Source of the DNA: Candidatus Obscuribacteraceae bacterium
GTDB taxonomy: Bacteria; Cyanobacteriota; Vampirovibrionia; Obscuribacterales; Obscuribacteraceae
Direction of reading: 5' to 3'
Assembly: GCA_044226015.1 (NCBI GenBank)
Contig: JBGAHS010000006.1
Span: forward strand, 288,001 to 352,000
DNA: 64,000 bases
Below are positions 20,475 through 30,593 of the stretch, one piece after another. Within the stretch, counting starts at the first letter, position 1; every line of letters begins with the position of its first letter. A program made the translations under genes and the position numbers. The notes beneath the pieces are model-generated. The model was not told where the DNA came from. It ran no database searches and saw only the letters and a program-made list of their open reading frames with translations.

Positions 20475-20784
20475 GTTTATCTCCAGCCATTGCCGTCTAA
20501 GGTTTCCCGATCCATTTCGACGTAATTTTGCCAATTAACCCTGAATGTATTTAAGCGATTTCGTCCATTTTTGGAAATGGGAGGAACACGCAAATATAAA
20601 ATTTCGGAATGTCCAAAAATGAAAATCGCCGTAAAGAAATACCACCACACGTTTTCCGGCAATACATGTCAAACCGAGATTTAATCTTCTGCTCAAGTTC
20701 AATCAATTCGAGCTACAAAAGCTCCGGCTAGAGCCTCGATTACGCCTCCAATAGGGTATCTTAGTATCAGTCGATGGTACAGCA

Positions 20785-22737
20785 ATGCAAGACCTTTACT
20801 CTGTAGAAATCAAAACCGTGGCTCAAAATACGTCCTGGCCATCACCGCAGGACTACAATGAGGCGATCCAAAATCCACAGTTTGCATTCGCCGATCTCGA
20901 ACTTAAGAACTCCGAGCCGGAACTCAATATAATTGGCATTCCCAAACCGGCATCAGGAAACTTTGCCTCCGTCTATCGTTTATTTTCGAATGATAGCGAA
21001 TGGGCCGTTCGTTGCTTTCTGCAACCAATGTCTGACCAACAACAAAGATATGAGGCACTTTCAAAAAAATTGAAAGAATGCAACTTGCCTTACATGTGTA
21101 GTTTCGAATATTTGAGCGAAGGCATTAGAGTCCACAAGAACTGGTTTCCAATCATAAAGATGGAATGGGTGAAGGGGAAATCACTTCTCGAATACATATC
21201 AGAACACATAAACAATTCCAGAAAACTTGAGGAACTTGCGAATTCCTTTGAGGAATTGATTACCTCTCTCGATGCCGCAGGCATCGCCCATGGTGACTTA
21301 CAACACGGGAATATTCTGGTTACAGATGAGGGGCAGATCAAGTTAGTTGACTATGATGGATGTTTCGTTCCAGCTTTGCGCGGTTGCAAAAGCAACGAAC
21401 TTGGTCACAGAAATTATCAGCATCCCAAAAGAGATGCAGAATACTTCAACGAGAAAATAGATCTATTCTCGGCTCAAATTATTCTTCTATCTCTTCGTGC
21501 TATTGCAAGCGAACCGTCTTTGTGGTCGAAACTGGACGGTGGAGACGAATGCCTTCTGTTTCGACGACTAGATTTGAGCAAACCAAATTTTTCAAAGACC
21601 TTCCATCTTCTGGAAATTCAACACGATGACTCTATAAAAGCGCTGGCAAAACAAGTTCGTTACGAGTTAGGGCAAGAACTCTCTGATCTCCCTGATTTTG
21701 GAACAATCAATTATAAGCAATCAGGTCTGGCACCATTAGAAACGATTCTTGTAAATACAACTGACGGTTCTGCTTCAGCAAAGTCTAGAGACAATCACGC
21801 TCATGTAATAGCTGGACGAAAAAGCAGAAAAAAAACTCTCGATGAAAGAACTTCGGCGATAGTAATCTTCGTGCTCATAGTACTTGGCGCCGCGGAATTC
21901 AGGGCATTGACCAATATTCTTTCCGACATGCTCAAAAAGAATATGTTCCGCTCAGTTGAATTCGACCCATACTTTGTTAGCAAAGAAAGAGTTTCAAGCC
22001 TTCTGCAAGCAACCGAGTTCAATCGCGCACAAGAAGAGGGTGTTGCCCCAACAGAAGATTCATTCTCTCTTTCTGACACACCCATAAAACTCTACAAAGA
22101 AGCAAAAGCGAATCACGAGAATCGTCCAGAATTAGCCGAAAAAAAATATCTACGCGCACTTGAGTTAGATGGGCATGCATCAAAATCAAATCTCAGCGCT
22201 GACCAACGCGCAGACGCACTTCAATTCATCGGTATGAACCGACTCAACAATCAAGATGAAAGTTCAACAGTTTACATTGAACAAGCTTACGAGATCCTCA
22301 ATGCAGATAGCAATTTCAGGGAAGCCAGTCGCTGCATTACTGAGTATGCCGATGCAATGGTGACATTACACAGGTATGAACAAGGATATTTACAAGCAAT
22401 TGTTGGGCTGGAGAATTCGAGCACTGTTGATACATACCGCCCATCGCTTTGTGACTCTGCTACAACAGCTGCTATTGGAACCTATGGCAACGACCCTTAC
22501 AATGCGCAGCTGAAACTCAAGAGAATCTGGAAGGCAATCTCAAAGTCCAAAGATCCCAACCTCGAACTGAGGTTTCTAGCGCAACTCGATGAGTTCGCCG
22601 AAGAGTTGCTATCAGGAAACAACCTCAAAGGGGCTTATGATATTTTCAACCTTATTGCCTCATTGGCACAATCTGACGATTTGCACGAGTTTAAAGTCAA
22701 TGCTCTAAACCGACTTGAGCAAATCTTCAAGAGATGA
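20785..22737 (+). CDS. Protein kinase-like domain, single TM helix, C-terminal TPR-like region
   Basis: SGNFASVY, WAVRCF, HGDLQHGNIL, VDYDG, GHRNYQHP; TM AIVIFVLIVLGAA. Confidence 0.85.
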   Translation: MQDLYSVEIKTVAQNTSWPSPQDYNEAIQNPQFAFADLELKNSEPELNIIGIPKPASGNFASVYRLFSNDSEWAVRCFLQPMSDQQQRYEALSKKLKECNLPYMCSFEYLSEGIRVHKNWFPIIKMEWVKGKSLLEYISEHINNSRKLEELANSFEELITSLDAAGIAHGDLQHGNILVTDEGQIKLVDYDGCFVPALRGCKSNELGHRNYQHPKRDAEYFNEKIDLFSAQIILLSLRAIASEPSLWSKLDGGDECLLFRRLDLSKPNFSKTFHLLEIQHDDSIKALAKQVRYELGQELSDLPDFGTINYKQSGLAPLETILVNTTDGSASAKSRDNHAHVIAGRKSRKKTLDERTSAIVIFVLIVLGAAEFRALTNILSDMLKKNMFRSVEFDPYFVSKERVSSLLQATEFNRAQEEGVAPTEDSFSLSDTPIKLYKEAKANHENRPELAEKKYLRALELDGHASKSNLSADQRADALQFIGMNRLNNQDESSTVYIEQAYEILNADSNFREASRCITEYADAMVTLHRYEQGYLQAIVGLENSSTVDTYRPSLCDSATTAAIGTYGNDPYNAQLKLKRIWKAISKSKDPNLELRFLAQLDEFAEELLSGNNLKGAYDIFNLIASLAQSDDLHEFKVNALNRLEQIFKR

Positions 22738-22745
22738 GTCACTTA

Positions 22746-23465
22746 CTATTTTAAGCCCAAAAAACCCTTGATTTTACTTTCGAAGTCATCTCGCGAAGGT
22801 GCTCCAGAAATCTGATCAAGCATTTTGCCGCTATTATCTGTGAAAATGAATGTGGGATAGCCAGTAATACCGTATTTGGTTTTCAAAACTTCATTGGCTG
22901 CATCATCGCCATCAAGGGTTTGGAAGTCAGCTTTCTGCCGATAAGTATTTGAGATATCATCCCAATCGGGAGCGAATTTTTTACAAACGCCACACCAGCT
23001 CGTGGAGAATTCCAGCACCTTTAACTTGCCTGAAATCTTTGGCGCAACAGCAGCCCCCCTTGTAGGCGAGGAAGCTCTAGCAGCAGCGGTCAGAGATGGA
23101 CCCGACGAAGCTAATGTAGACAAGCTACTTGCGGACGAGGAATACGAACTTGGAAATTTACTCAATTGAATTAGCCCAGATTGAGCATACGAGCGCAAAG
23201 GGTCTCGTCCATTATTTGCGACCCACTCATACTGCTGCTTGGCCAGTGACATCTGGTTCATTCCCTGATAACACAGCGCCATGTAATATCTAGCATTTCC
23301 GTCTGCCGGCGATTTTGCGCTTAGTTCCTTGAATTTGCCCAGAGCAATTGCGAAGTGCTTAGCCTTGTATTCTTGCACTGCCTGGTCGAATTGCGATGGC
23401 AGCGCGAACGCAGCGCAATGACTAGCTCCATAAGCTAAAACGAAGGCTATGGTTGTTCTTTTCAT
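22746..23465 (-). CDS. Secreted TPR plus thioredoxin domain protein
   Basis: Signal peptide; ARYYMALCYQGMNQMSLAKQQY TPR; EFSTSWCGVCKKF and GYPTF. Confidence 0.85.
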   Translation of the reverse strand: MKRTTIAFVLAYGASHCAAFALPSQFDQAVQEYKAKHFAIALGKFKELSAKSPADGNARYYMALCYQGMNQMSLAKQQYEWVANNGRDPLRSYAQSGLIQLSKFPSSYSSSASSLSTLASSGPSLTAAARASSPTRGAAVAPKISGKLKVLEFSTSWCGVCKKFAPDWDDISNTYRQKADFQTLDGDDAANEVLKTKYGITGYPTFIFTDNSGKMLDQISGAPSRDDFESKIKGFLGLK

Positions 23466-23663
23466 TTCAACTCCTGAGCATTACTACTACCAGATTATTC
23501 ATAATTGAGAATTCAGGCAAGTATATGAATGGCATATGTCGTGCAAATACTATTCTAATAAAGTCTAAAGCTCGCAGACACACGCCTTAGGCTTAGTTCA
23601 ATCCAAACAAAAAACCACGTGATATGATGCGCAACATCAAAACTTTAGTTGGAGGTCTATATC

Positions 23664-23936
23664 GTGAAAGCGACAACATCGAAACCAGCGGCTAGCAAAA
23701 CAGCTACGAAGGAAACAAAGAAAGCCGCGACCGAAACTAAGGCAACTCCGGTACTGAACGAAGCTAGTGTGACCATCATCACTAACGACAAACAGACTGT
23801 CGAAGCACCGTTTTTCGTCGACCACAATGTGATTGCTCAAACGGCTTACTTCCTCTGGCAAACCGAAGGGTGTCAAATGGGATTGGACGAAGAATATTGG
23901 CTTCGCGCTGAAGCTTCGTTGCAACCAAAAAAATAA
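23664..23936 (+). CDS. DUF2934 domain protein
   Basis: IAQTAYFLWQTEGCQMGLDEEYWLRAE; GTG start at 23664 after ggagg. Confidence 0.85.
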   Translation: MKATTSKPAASKTATKETKKAATETKATPVLNEASVTIITNDKQTVEAPFFVDHNVIAQTAYFLWQTEGCQMGLDEEYWLRAEASLQPKK

Positions 23937-23956
23937 GTTCAAAGTCCTATTTTTAG

Positions 23957-23992
23957 GAGGGCACGGTATTCTTCCGTGCCCTTTTCTTTTTC
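23957..23992 (+). terminator. Rho-independent terminator
   Basis: agggcacgg-tattctt-ccgtgccct followed by ttt cttttt. Confidence 0.85.
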
Positions 23993-24088
23993 AAATTATG
24001 AAGAAATAGTTGGCTTCCAGCATAGCAGGGCAAAATCCAGTTACAAGGCTATATAGGACACCTTTGCGCAGTTGGCTGCGCTAAAAAC

Positions 24089-24679
24089 ATGCATAGAGTA
24101 TTCATTTCACAAGTTGGCTGCGACGCGCAATCTGGCAACGCAATCGTGATTTTGGAAGAGCCCCAAAGCGAAAAGCTCATTCCGATTTGGATTGGTGCGG
24201 CGGAAGCTGCAGCGATAAGTTTCGCATTGCAAGAAATCAAGACTGAACGTCCACTCACTCACCAGCTTTTGTTTGACACGATAGAAAAGCTCGACTTCGC
24301 AGTAGAGAAGGTGGAAATCACTGAGATCAAAAACAAAGCATTTTTTGCCAACCTCTACCTGGCTAAGAAACCAAATGAAGATACTGACGAGGACGTTGAG
24401 AGCCTTGAGTACACAATCATTGATTCCAGACCTTCTGATGCCATCGCGGTGGCTTTACTGAGCTCTGCGCCTATTTTCGTTGCAGATTCGGTTCTTGAGA
24501 GTGCCGGGCTGCCCAAGAGCGATGTGCGCACGCTAGGCACCGAGGAAGAGAAACCAAAGAAGAAACAAGCTCGAACGAAGCCCCAATCAGCTGAGGAAAT
24601 CGCCAAGGACAAAGCTTCATTCAAGGCATTTCTCGAAAACGTGAAAGCTTCGGATTTTCGACTTGACGACAGAAGATAG
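24089..24679 (+). CDS. Bifunctional nuclease domain (DUF151) protein
   Basis: IPIWIGAAEA, RPLTHQLL, IDSRPSDAIAVAL, PIFV. Confidence 0.92.
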   Translation: MHRVFISQVGCDAQSGNAIVILEEPQSEKLIPIWIGAAEAAAISFALQEIKTERPLTHQLLFDTIEKLDFAVEKVEITEIKNKAFFANLYLAKKPNEDTDEDVESLEYTIIDSRPSDAIAVALLSSAPIFVADSVLESAGLPKSDVRTLGTEEEKPKKKQARTKPQSAEEIAKDKASFKAFLENVKASDFRLDDRR

Positions 24680-25074
24680 GGCGCCTTCCAGTGTTGTCTC
24701 AGATGGCATCCGACCGGACTGCGGTCACTGACTTTATCCACACACTTCTTGGGCTAGCTGCAGAATTCAGAACTGGGGAAGTCAGTAATTTAAAGAAATC
24801 TCGTTTTTTGAACATGTAAGGGTAGCCACGAGCAAAAGCTATCTATTAGACATACATTAACTCCCTCTTGAATATCTTTAAGCGGTACAGGTTATAGCTT
24901 TTCACTGATTTCGGAGAAGAATCAGCAATGAAAACAGGTTCAAGTGCCTGACATTTTTGATTTAAGAAAAGCGTGTGTCAAATGCTCAATTCTGTTCCTA
25001 ACAATTAATGCAAGATGAGCTTATTCTGGGGGACTTCACAAGCCTGATTCTCGCTGATAACATAGTATGCATAT

Positions 25075-25280
25075 TCGGTGAGCGATTGAAGAAGCAATCA
25101 CTTCGAGCCGAGGGGCGATGTAGAAACAGCAGGAATGCGCATTCCGGGAACATCAGCAGCAGAGCCCGCTTTACGTGACGGATTGGCTGAAGCGTAGAGA
25201 AATATTGAGCCTCCAGCAAGAGGCAGCCAAGCAATAGCTAAGACACCATCGCGATTCAGTTCGGATGGTGTTTTTGTTTG
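25075..25280 (+). ncRNA. Candidate structured non-coding RNA (rod with central bubble; family not identified)
   Basis: Nested stems seen by eye in an intergenic gap, ending in a terminator hairpin; no convincing ORF. Confidence 0.35.
25240..25280 (+). terminator. Rho-independent terminator with no protein gene immediately upstream
   Basis: aagacaccatc...gatggtgtttt followed by tgtttg. Confidence 0.7.
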
Positions 25281-25408
25281 TCCTCACTTTTTCCCCCCAC
25301 GGACAGACTGCGGCTAGAGAAAAAAGCAGCAATTGCTCGACATCTGATGCGGATCTCAACAGTTCGGTGAATTGCAACTACTTCCAACTGCCACTCGAGC
25401 CGTTTATC

Positions 25409-26293
25409 TCAGCATTGAATCAATTCGAAGTTAGAATCAGTGTCTACAGTCAAGATACAGTTGGCAAACTCGCATTCCAGGCGGTCTGGGAGATAGGTCC
25501 CACCGCGGGAATCATGGTAGTCCTCGATCTTAAACAAGGTCTCAATTACCCACTCATAAACTCGAATTTTGTCCGGCTGAGGAACTTTATTTAGTGCTTT
25601 TGCCAGTTGCCATTTCGCAACTCTAAACTTTTGACCGAATGGTTCCTCATACTCCATTCGAAGTTCTTTCATCCACTCTTGAATGATGCCACTGACAGGG
25701 CTTGGAGTTTCATATCCATAAGAATCGAGGAACTCACGGTCGTACCATGAAGTTCTTATTTCGGCACCGCTTCGATGCCTAATGAACCCATAGTCACCAT
25801 ATTTGGTTTGTATTCCTGGAAATATCTTGCGAAAGTTTGCATCTTCCATCAGCACGCTTGCAGCCCTGGTTTCAGCAGCTAGGCTCTGGCTGACCTCAAG
25901 CAGATCAGCTAGTGTCAGACACGATTCAGAACATATCAGGTCCGTCATTTCAACAAGATACTTTTCGGAAGGAAGGTGTTTCTTGAAAAAATTTGCATCA
26001 GGTACACATGAGTTCCAAACTGTAGAAACTTCCGCCTCAGCACCAAGCAACATGGCTCCAAAGTACATGCTCAAAGGTTCAATCAAATCATCTTTAGTCT
26101 CAAGATCAGATTCTTCTTCAAGCATCGACACTGTGATGACATCATCGGTAGCTAGAGCGCTGTAATTCCGCCTATTACCGAATATCTCTCTTTCATCAGT
26201 AATTCGTCCTCCGATGCAGATTGCCATGAAATCAACAAATAACATTAGAGGCAGTTTTGTTTTGACAACTAGTTTTTCAAATCTCTTATGCAC
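25409..26293 (-). CDS. Hypothetical protein
   Basis: 294-aa ORF with normal composition; no motif recognised. Confidence 0.55.
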   Translation of the reverse strand: MHKRFEKLVVKTKLPLMLFVDFMAICIGGRITDEREIFGNRRNYSALATDDVITVSMLEEESDLETKDDLIEPLSMYFGAMLLGAEAEVSTVWNSCVPDANFFKKHLPSEKYLVEMTDLICSESCLTLADLLEVSQSLAAETRAASVLMEDANFRKIFPGIQTKYGDYGFIRHRSGAEIRTSWYDREFLDSYGYETPSPVSGIIQEWMKELRMEYEEPFGQKFRVAKWQLAKALNKVPQPDKIRVYEWVIETLFKIEDYHDSRGGTYLPDRLECEFANCILTVDTDSNFELIQC

Positions 26294-26367
26294 AAATTAT
26301 TTCCCATGACAGACTGGTAAAGAGCTGAAAAGCTATTATAGCTACTTACCCCTGCAGGAACATTCCG

Positions 26368-27822
26368 ATGAAAGACGAAAAATATGGACTTGGTGAAACT
26401 AGCTTTACTCAAGACCAGTTGGACGAATTGATGAGCCCTACCCTTGCAGAGGAAAGAGCCAGAAAGCGCAAGTTTGATGAAACGCTCATGGGCATCTTCA
26501 CTGGTGACAGCGAGGATTTTTCAGGACCTTACAAACTTCGAACTGTAGTTGAATCAGAATCATGGTTGATTCCGCTAACAGACGCTGGAAAACCTTTGAT
26601 TCTCAACGTAAAGAAAGGCGAACACGAGAAGCTTTTTGCAAGCATCTCAAAAAAAGACGGACGACGCACTGATAGGGAAGGCAACGGCGGACAGCTACTA
26701 CCGGTGCTACAAAACAAAATGGGAAACATAGAACATTATAAACAAGTCAACGGGAGAGAACTTGCAAGATCAATTCCAAAAGGAATTACTGGTCTATTGG
26801 TCGAGTGGACTGAACTGGAATCCAATTCACTGAGAGAACTGGACAAAGAACACTTTCACGAATTGAGCGCGTTAGCGGATGCTATCGAAATCGAAGATAA
26901 GCTGATGAATGAAATATTCGTAGATGTCGAAGCATTTAAGAAATACTCATTCCTGGTTATGTTATTTAAGAACAAGCTCTGGATGAATGACAATGTAGCG
27001 CAGATTGCCACCTATGAAGATAGCTACTACTTGAACGATAGTGAAGTAAGAGTTGAGCGAATGGATGGAAGTACGATCATCTCAAAAGTGCTTGCTGACT
27101 CAGATTATTGCGGCATAGTCGTTAACCCAGGTTATGAAGTCGGACGAAAAGGCGAGAACAAACGTGGTTTGCTCTTATCAATGCACCACATCAAGCGACT
27201 CGCCCGCAATGAAGTCGGTCCGTATAGAGTTAAGGAATACGTTACTCGTAGCCGCGAAGAATTTGAGCTCTGGTTGGAACAAACCTTTTTTCCAACTCCC
27301 TACGAAATAGTTGAAGAGAAAGATTCCTCAGGGAAAATATTCCTGCACGCAGTTTCGCATGCAGCAGAATCAAAATGGGAAAGCATTGAATTCCAAAATG
27401 CAAAAGAGAAGAATTACACTGAAACGCCAAAATTCGAGCTGAGATTAGCTCCGGGAAACCCAGATGAACTAGCAGCAGGAACAAGCTCAATCCTTTGTCC
27501 AGCATTATTGGCTCGCAGGCTATTCGTTATGCTTCCGCAAGAACGTCGGCGCGACTACAAATGGTTACCAGGCAAGTCATTCGGGCTCGGACGACTCTTA
27601 AGCGAGCAGGACATTACAAACTCAAAACTACGAGTACGATTGGCAAATGAAATACTAAAACTAATGCCAGCTGCTGCCGAATCCATTGAAAGAACTTCAA
27701 TGTTGACCGTAGATGGAGCGAGCTTTATGGCTTGGGGTAAAGACCTTCCCACAAGAACATGGATTGAAAGTGCTCGTGATCAGTCCAAGAAGTTTGATAA
27801 GAAACTCGTCATGGGTGTGTAA
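26368..27822 (+). CDS. Hypothetical protein
   Basis: 484-aa ORF with agga RBS; no motif confidently recognised. Confidence 0.7.
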   Translation: MKDEKYGLGETSFTQDQLDELMSPTLAEERARKRKFDETLMGIFTGDSEDFSGPYKLRTVVESESWLIPLTDAGKPLILNVKKGEHEKLFASISKKDGRRTDREGNGGQLLPVLQNKMGNIEHYKQVNGRELARSIPKGITGLLVEWTELESNSLRELDKEHFHELSALADAIEIEDKLMNEIFVDVEAFKKYSFLVMLFKNKLWMNDNVAQIATYEDSYYLNDSEVRVERMDGSTIISKVLADSDYCGIVVNPGYEVGRKGENKRGLLLSMHHIKRLARNEVGPYRVKEYVTRSREEFELWLEQTFFPTPYEIVEEKDSSGKIFLHAVSHAAESKWESIEFQNAKEKNYTETPKFELRLAPGNPDELAAGTSSILCPALLARRLFVMLPQERRRDYKWLPGKSFGLGRLLSEQDITNSKLRVRLANEILKLMPAAAESIERTSMLTVDGASFMAWGKDLPTRTWIESARDQSKKFDKKLVMGV

Positions 27823-27882
27823 TCAGGCTTAATTAATGAGTTTTTGGGCATAGTGAATCTGGGGGATTAGAGGTTTTCGCAC

Positions 27883-29472
27883 TTGTCCGAAAAAGACGAG
27901 CCCAAAAGTAGCCCAGCACCCGAGCGTGTAGAAACCGCTCAGGATTCGTCGCGACAGCAAGCGCCAGACTTCCGCGCTGATGACTTATTGAAGCAACGAA
28001 ATGAGGTCATACCGAAGCCTTCAGAGCAGAGTAACCCAGTACAAGCCGATGGAAACGTCAAATTCAACAACATTTTCGATGCGACGGCAAAGAAAGATAG
28101 CAGGGAAGAGCCTGCAAGACAAGAACCAGCAAGACAAGAACCAGCAAGACAGGAGAGTTCGAAGTTTAAGGCGAACATTAACGCTGACAGACCAATCGAA
28201 TTAGGGTCTCTCATGGAAAGAGGACCAGGTCTGAGCAGCAGAGATGGTGAAAATGTCAAAGCCACTTCATTCAAAATCTCCGGAGACTTGAGCAAGATAG
28301 ATCCGAAAAAGCCAACAGTGGCATTTCTGGACGATGCCAGCGTTAAAGAAATAAGTCTCGACAAACAGCCCTTAGATCACGCACATGCCAGTGCACTGGC
28401 TGCACAAAAAGGCGGCTACAATGCGCTAGTTTTTGATGTGAGCAAGAGCAACTATGAAACTGCAGCCAATGCAATGTTGAAGTCCTACGGAGATGGCAAA
28501 GCGCCAGGGGCTGCTGCTAAGGCTATTGAAGCCGCCAGACAAGAACTACTGAAAGCAGGTGGTGATCCCATAGGGCTGGATCAATTTGCAGCAAAGAAAG
28601 ACATTATGGGTGCGGCGAAAGCGTTAGCTGCAGCTAGCAATGACTTTTCCAAACCGATATCAGAAGTAGCAGCTAAAGTGGAAAAGGGCGAATTGCCTCT
28701 TGGTCGAGGTGATGTTCTGAACGTCAGCATGGGCAAAGTTGCTGAATACGACAAAAGCGGAAAGGAAAAACCGGGCTCGGGAGACCCGACATTTGCCGAC
28801 CTGAGCAAGAAGATTGGATTTGAAGTGACACCACAAAATGTCAGAGAAAATACAGACAAGATATTGGACAGATTCAAAGACATCGCTAAAGATTCATCTG
28901 ACCCAGTCTGGCAGGCTCGAGCACAAGAGGCTCTACGCACAAACGCTGCAATTGACAGACTTCAAGCAACGGGTGTTGAGGTCGCACACGCAGCGAGTAA
29001 CGATGGCAACGATAGAATTGATATCAATTTCCTGAAGGCTAAGCACGAATTACAATCGGTGAATCCTGAAACCGGTCAACGAGACAAATTCTCAGGTGCT
29101 GGTAACCAATCCGTTGATGGCTCCGTTCCGATTTATAGAACCGATTCAAATCAGCGTGATGCCGTTTACTCAATGGCTGGCAAGGAATTTACTAACAAAG
29201 AACTCCAGGTTCTGAATGGTGATGTAGTAAACAGTTTGCCGCTCACTAAGCCAGGGATGATCAGCATGCCCGATAAGTTAGCTGGTACACCAGACGACTT
29301 AAAGCACCTCTATGACAAGGCAGTAGGACGTCCCGAGCCACCGACAAAAGTTGGCGCAAACGAACTCACCGCAGTTGCGGTTGGCAATTCTTTCAACAAC
29401 ATTCGCTTTCTTCAAGATCAACTAGCAAGGCTGCGCGCTCTCAAACAAGACAACGCAAATCTGCGCGGCTAA
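27883..29472 (+). CDS. Divergent subtilisin-like (S8) serine peptidase-like protein without signal peptide
   Basis: Ordered motifs VAFLDD, DHAHAS, VLNVSMG, AASNDG, GNSF matching S8 Asp, His, oxyanion Asn and Ser sites; TTG start with gagg RBS. Confidence 0.55.
   Translation: MSEKDEPKSSPAPERVETAQDSSRQQAPDFRADDLLKQRNEVIPKPSEQSNPVQADGNVKFNNIFDATAKKDSREEPARQEPARQEPARQESSKFKANINADRPIELGSLMERGPGLSSRDGENVKATSFKISGDLSKIDPKKPTVAFLDDASVKEISLDKQPLDHAHASALAAQKGGYNALVFDVSKSNYETAANAMLKSYGDGKAPGAAAKAIEAARQELLKAGGDPIGLDQFAAKKDIMGAAKALAAASNDFSKPISEVAAKVEKGELPLGRGDVLNVSMGKVAEYDKSGKEKPGSGDPTFADLSKKIGFEVTPQNVRENTDKILDRFKDIAKDSSDPVWQARAQEALRTNAAIDRLQATGVEVAHAASNDGNDRIDINFLKAKHELQSVNPETGQRDKFSGAGNQSVDGSVPIYRTDSNQRDAVYSMAGKEFTNKELQVLNGDVVNSLPLTKPGMISMPDKLAGTPDDLKHLYDKAVGRPEPPTKVGANELTAVAVGNSFNNIRFLQDQLARLRALKQDNANLRG
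28108..28152 (+). repeat. 15-bp coding tandem repeat (EPARQ x3)
   Basis: gagcctgcaagacaa gaaccagcaagacaa gaaccagcaagacag. Confidence 0.9.
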
Positions 29473-29478
29473 GGCTAA

Positions 29479-30069
29479 CTATTCTTTGAATGAACGCCAT
29501 AATCCAAGTTCTTTTCCATTGCTTGGATTGATGACCCATTCCCAGTCGTAAGCACCTTTTTCACCGCGATACTTATGACGAGACACAGCAAAATTACCTT
29601 TCCATTTCCCATTGGAAATTATTTCAAGACTGTTTCCATCAACAACATACTTCATTTTATGAGTTGAAAGATTCAAATCAATCACAGCACCTGATACAGC
29701 GAACGCACCGCAGAGAAAATACAGGTGCTTGCTGTCGGGAGAAAATTTGAGATCGGAGGCATCACCGATTTGCAAGTCTCCAAGAGTTTGTCCCGTTGCG
29801 CATTTGTCACCAGCTTTTACAAAAACCGTTTCTTTTTTGGTGGCAGTGTCGCCAATCCAAATCTCACTAGCTGGAACATCACCGGCACCAGTTGACACCA
29901 TTTGTGATGCACTTTTTGTATAAGCATAGAGTTTTTTGTCAGGCGAGAACACTCTTGAATTCTTGCTCTGTGCCAATGAAAACGGTGCTGAGCAAAGAGA
30001 GCCCAACACCGTTATGGAGGTCATCAGAAAAAGTAATCGGTTTTTATATTCGCTCAATTTCTTCACCAC
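29479..30069 (-). CDS. Secreted hypothetical protein with TolB/PD40-like SPD motifs
   Basis: Signal peptide; FSPDKKLYAY and FSPDSKHLYF. Confidence 0.65.
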   Translation of the reverse strand: MVKKLSEYKNRLLFLMTSITVLGSLCSAPFSLAQSKNSRVFSPDKKLYAYTKSASQMVSTGAGDVPASEIWIGDTATKKETVFVKAGDKCATGQTLGDLQIGDASDLKFSPDSKHLYFLCGAFAVSGAVIDLNLSTHKMKYVVDGNSLEIISNGKWKGNFAVSRHKYRGEKGAYDWEWVINPSNGKELGLWRSFKE

Positions 30070-30101
30070 TCAACTTGAGAGAATATAATAGCAGTCAATC
30101 A

Positions 30102-30593
30102 TTACCAGTAACGAATAGTCCTGTTGAGTTTGTTCGAGAGCTTGTTCAATGATCTTGAGAGGCGATTGTTGTTGTTGTTGTTTCCGTAGCAATAACCATT
30201 GTTGTTGCGATTGTATATGCTGTTGTTATAGTTGTAATAAGGATTGTTGTAAGAACCGTTGGCAAGCAATCCGTTATATCCAGGAAGCAATCTGTTCAAA
30301 AATGGCACGTTGCTGATAGTTCCATTAGCGTACCCTGATGGTCCGTATGATCTACCAAATTGATCCTTATAAGGGTAGGCACCATTTTGAGCTTGCCATG
30401 CCGCTTCTGCCAGTGCTGCCTGATTCGCGTTTGAAACAACTTGGTTGTATTGCTGTTGTTGCTGTTGCTGCATGTACATTTGCATAGCCATCTGATTCAA
30501 TGCCTTGGAATTATCGCTGGCAAGAGCCGGAACGGCGCTCGCACCGCCTATGGTGATGGCTATAATTGCTGCGAAAATCGACTTGGTATTCAT
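30102..30593 (-). CDS. Secreted Q/N/Y-rich low-complexity protein
   Basis: Signal peptide ending ALA; poly-Q and poly-N tracts; gaggtgg RBS. Confidence 0.7.
   Translation of the reverse strand: MNTKSIFAAIIAITIGGASAVPALASDNSKALNQMAMQMYMQQQQQQQYNQVVSNANQAALAEAAWQAQNGAYPYKDQFGRSYGPSGYANGTISNVPFLNRLLPGYNGLLANGSYNNPYYNYNNSIYNRNNNGYCYGNNNNNNRLSRSLNKLSNKLNRTIRYW

Noticed and set aside
24734..24742. Perfect DnaA box TTATCCACA
   Set aside because: Single copy with no cluster or origin-associated genes; a 9-mer can occur by chance
25203..25236. GCAGCCAAG resembling the SRP 4.5S RNA conserved helix
   Set aside because: The opposing CAGG and GNRA tetraloop are absent, so it was not called SRP RNA
26368..27822. 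SseB-like N-terminal domain
   Set aside because: Resemblance limited to a short WLIPL motif; too weak to call
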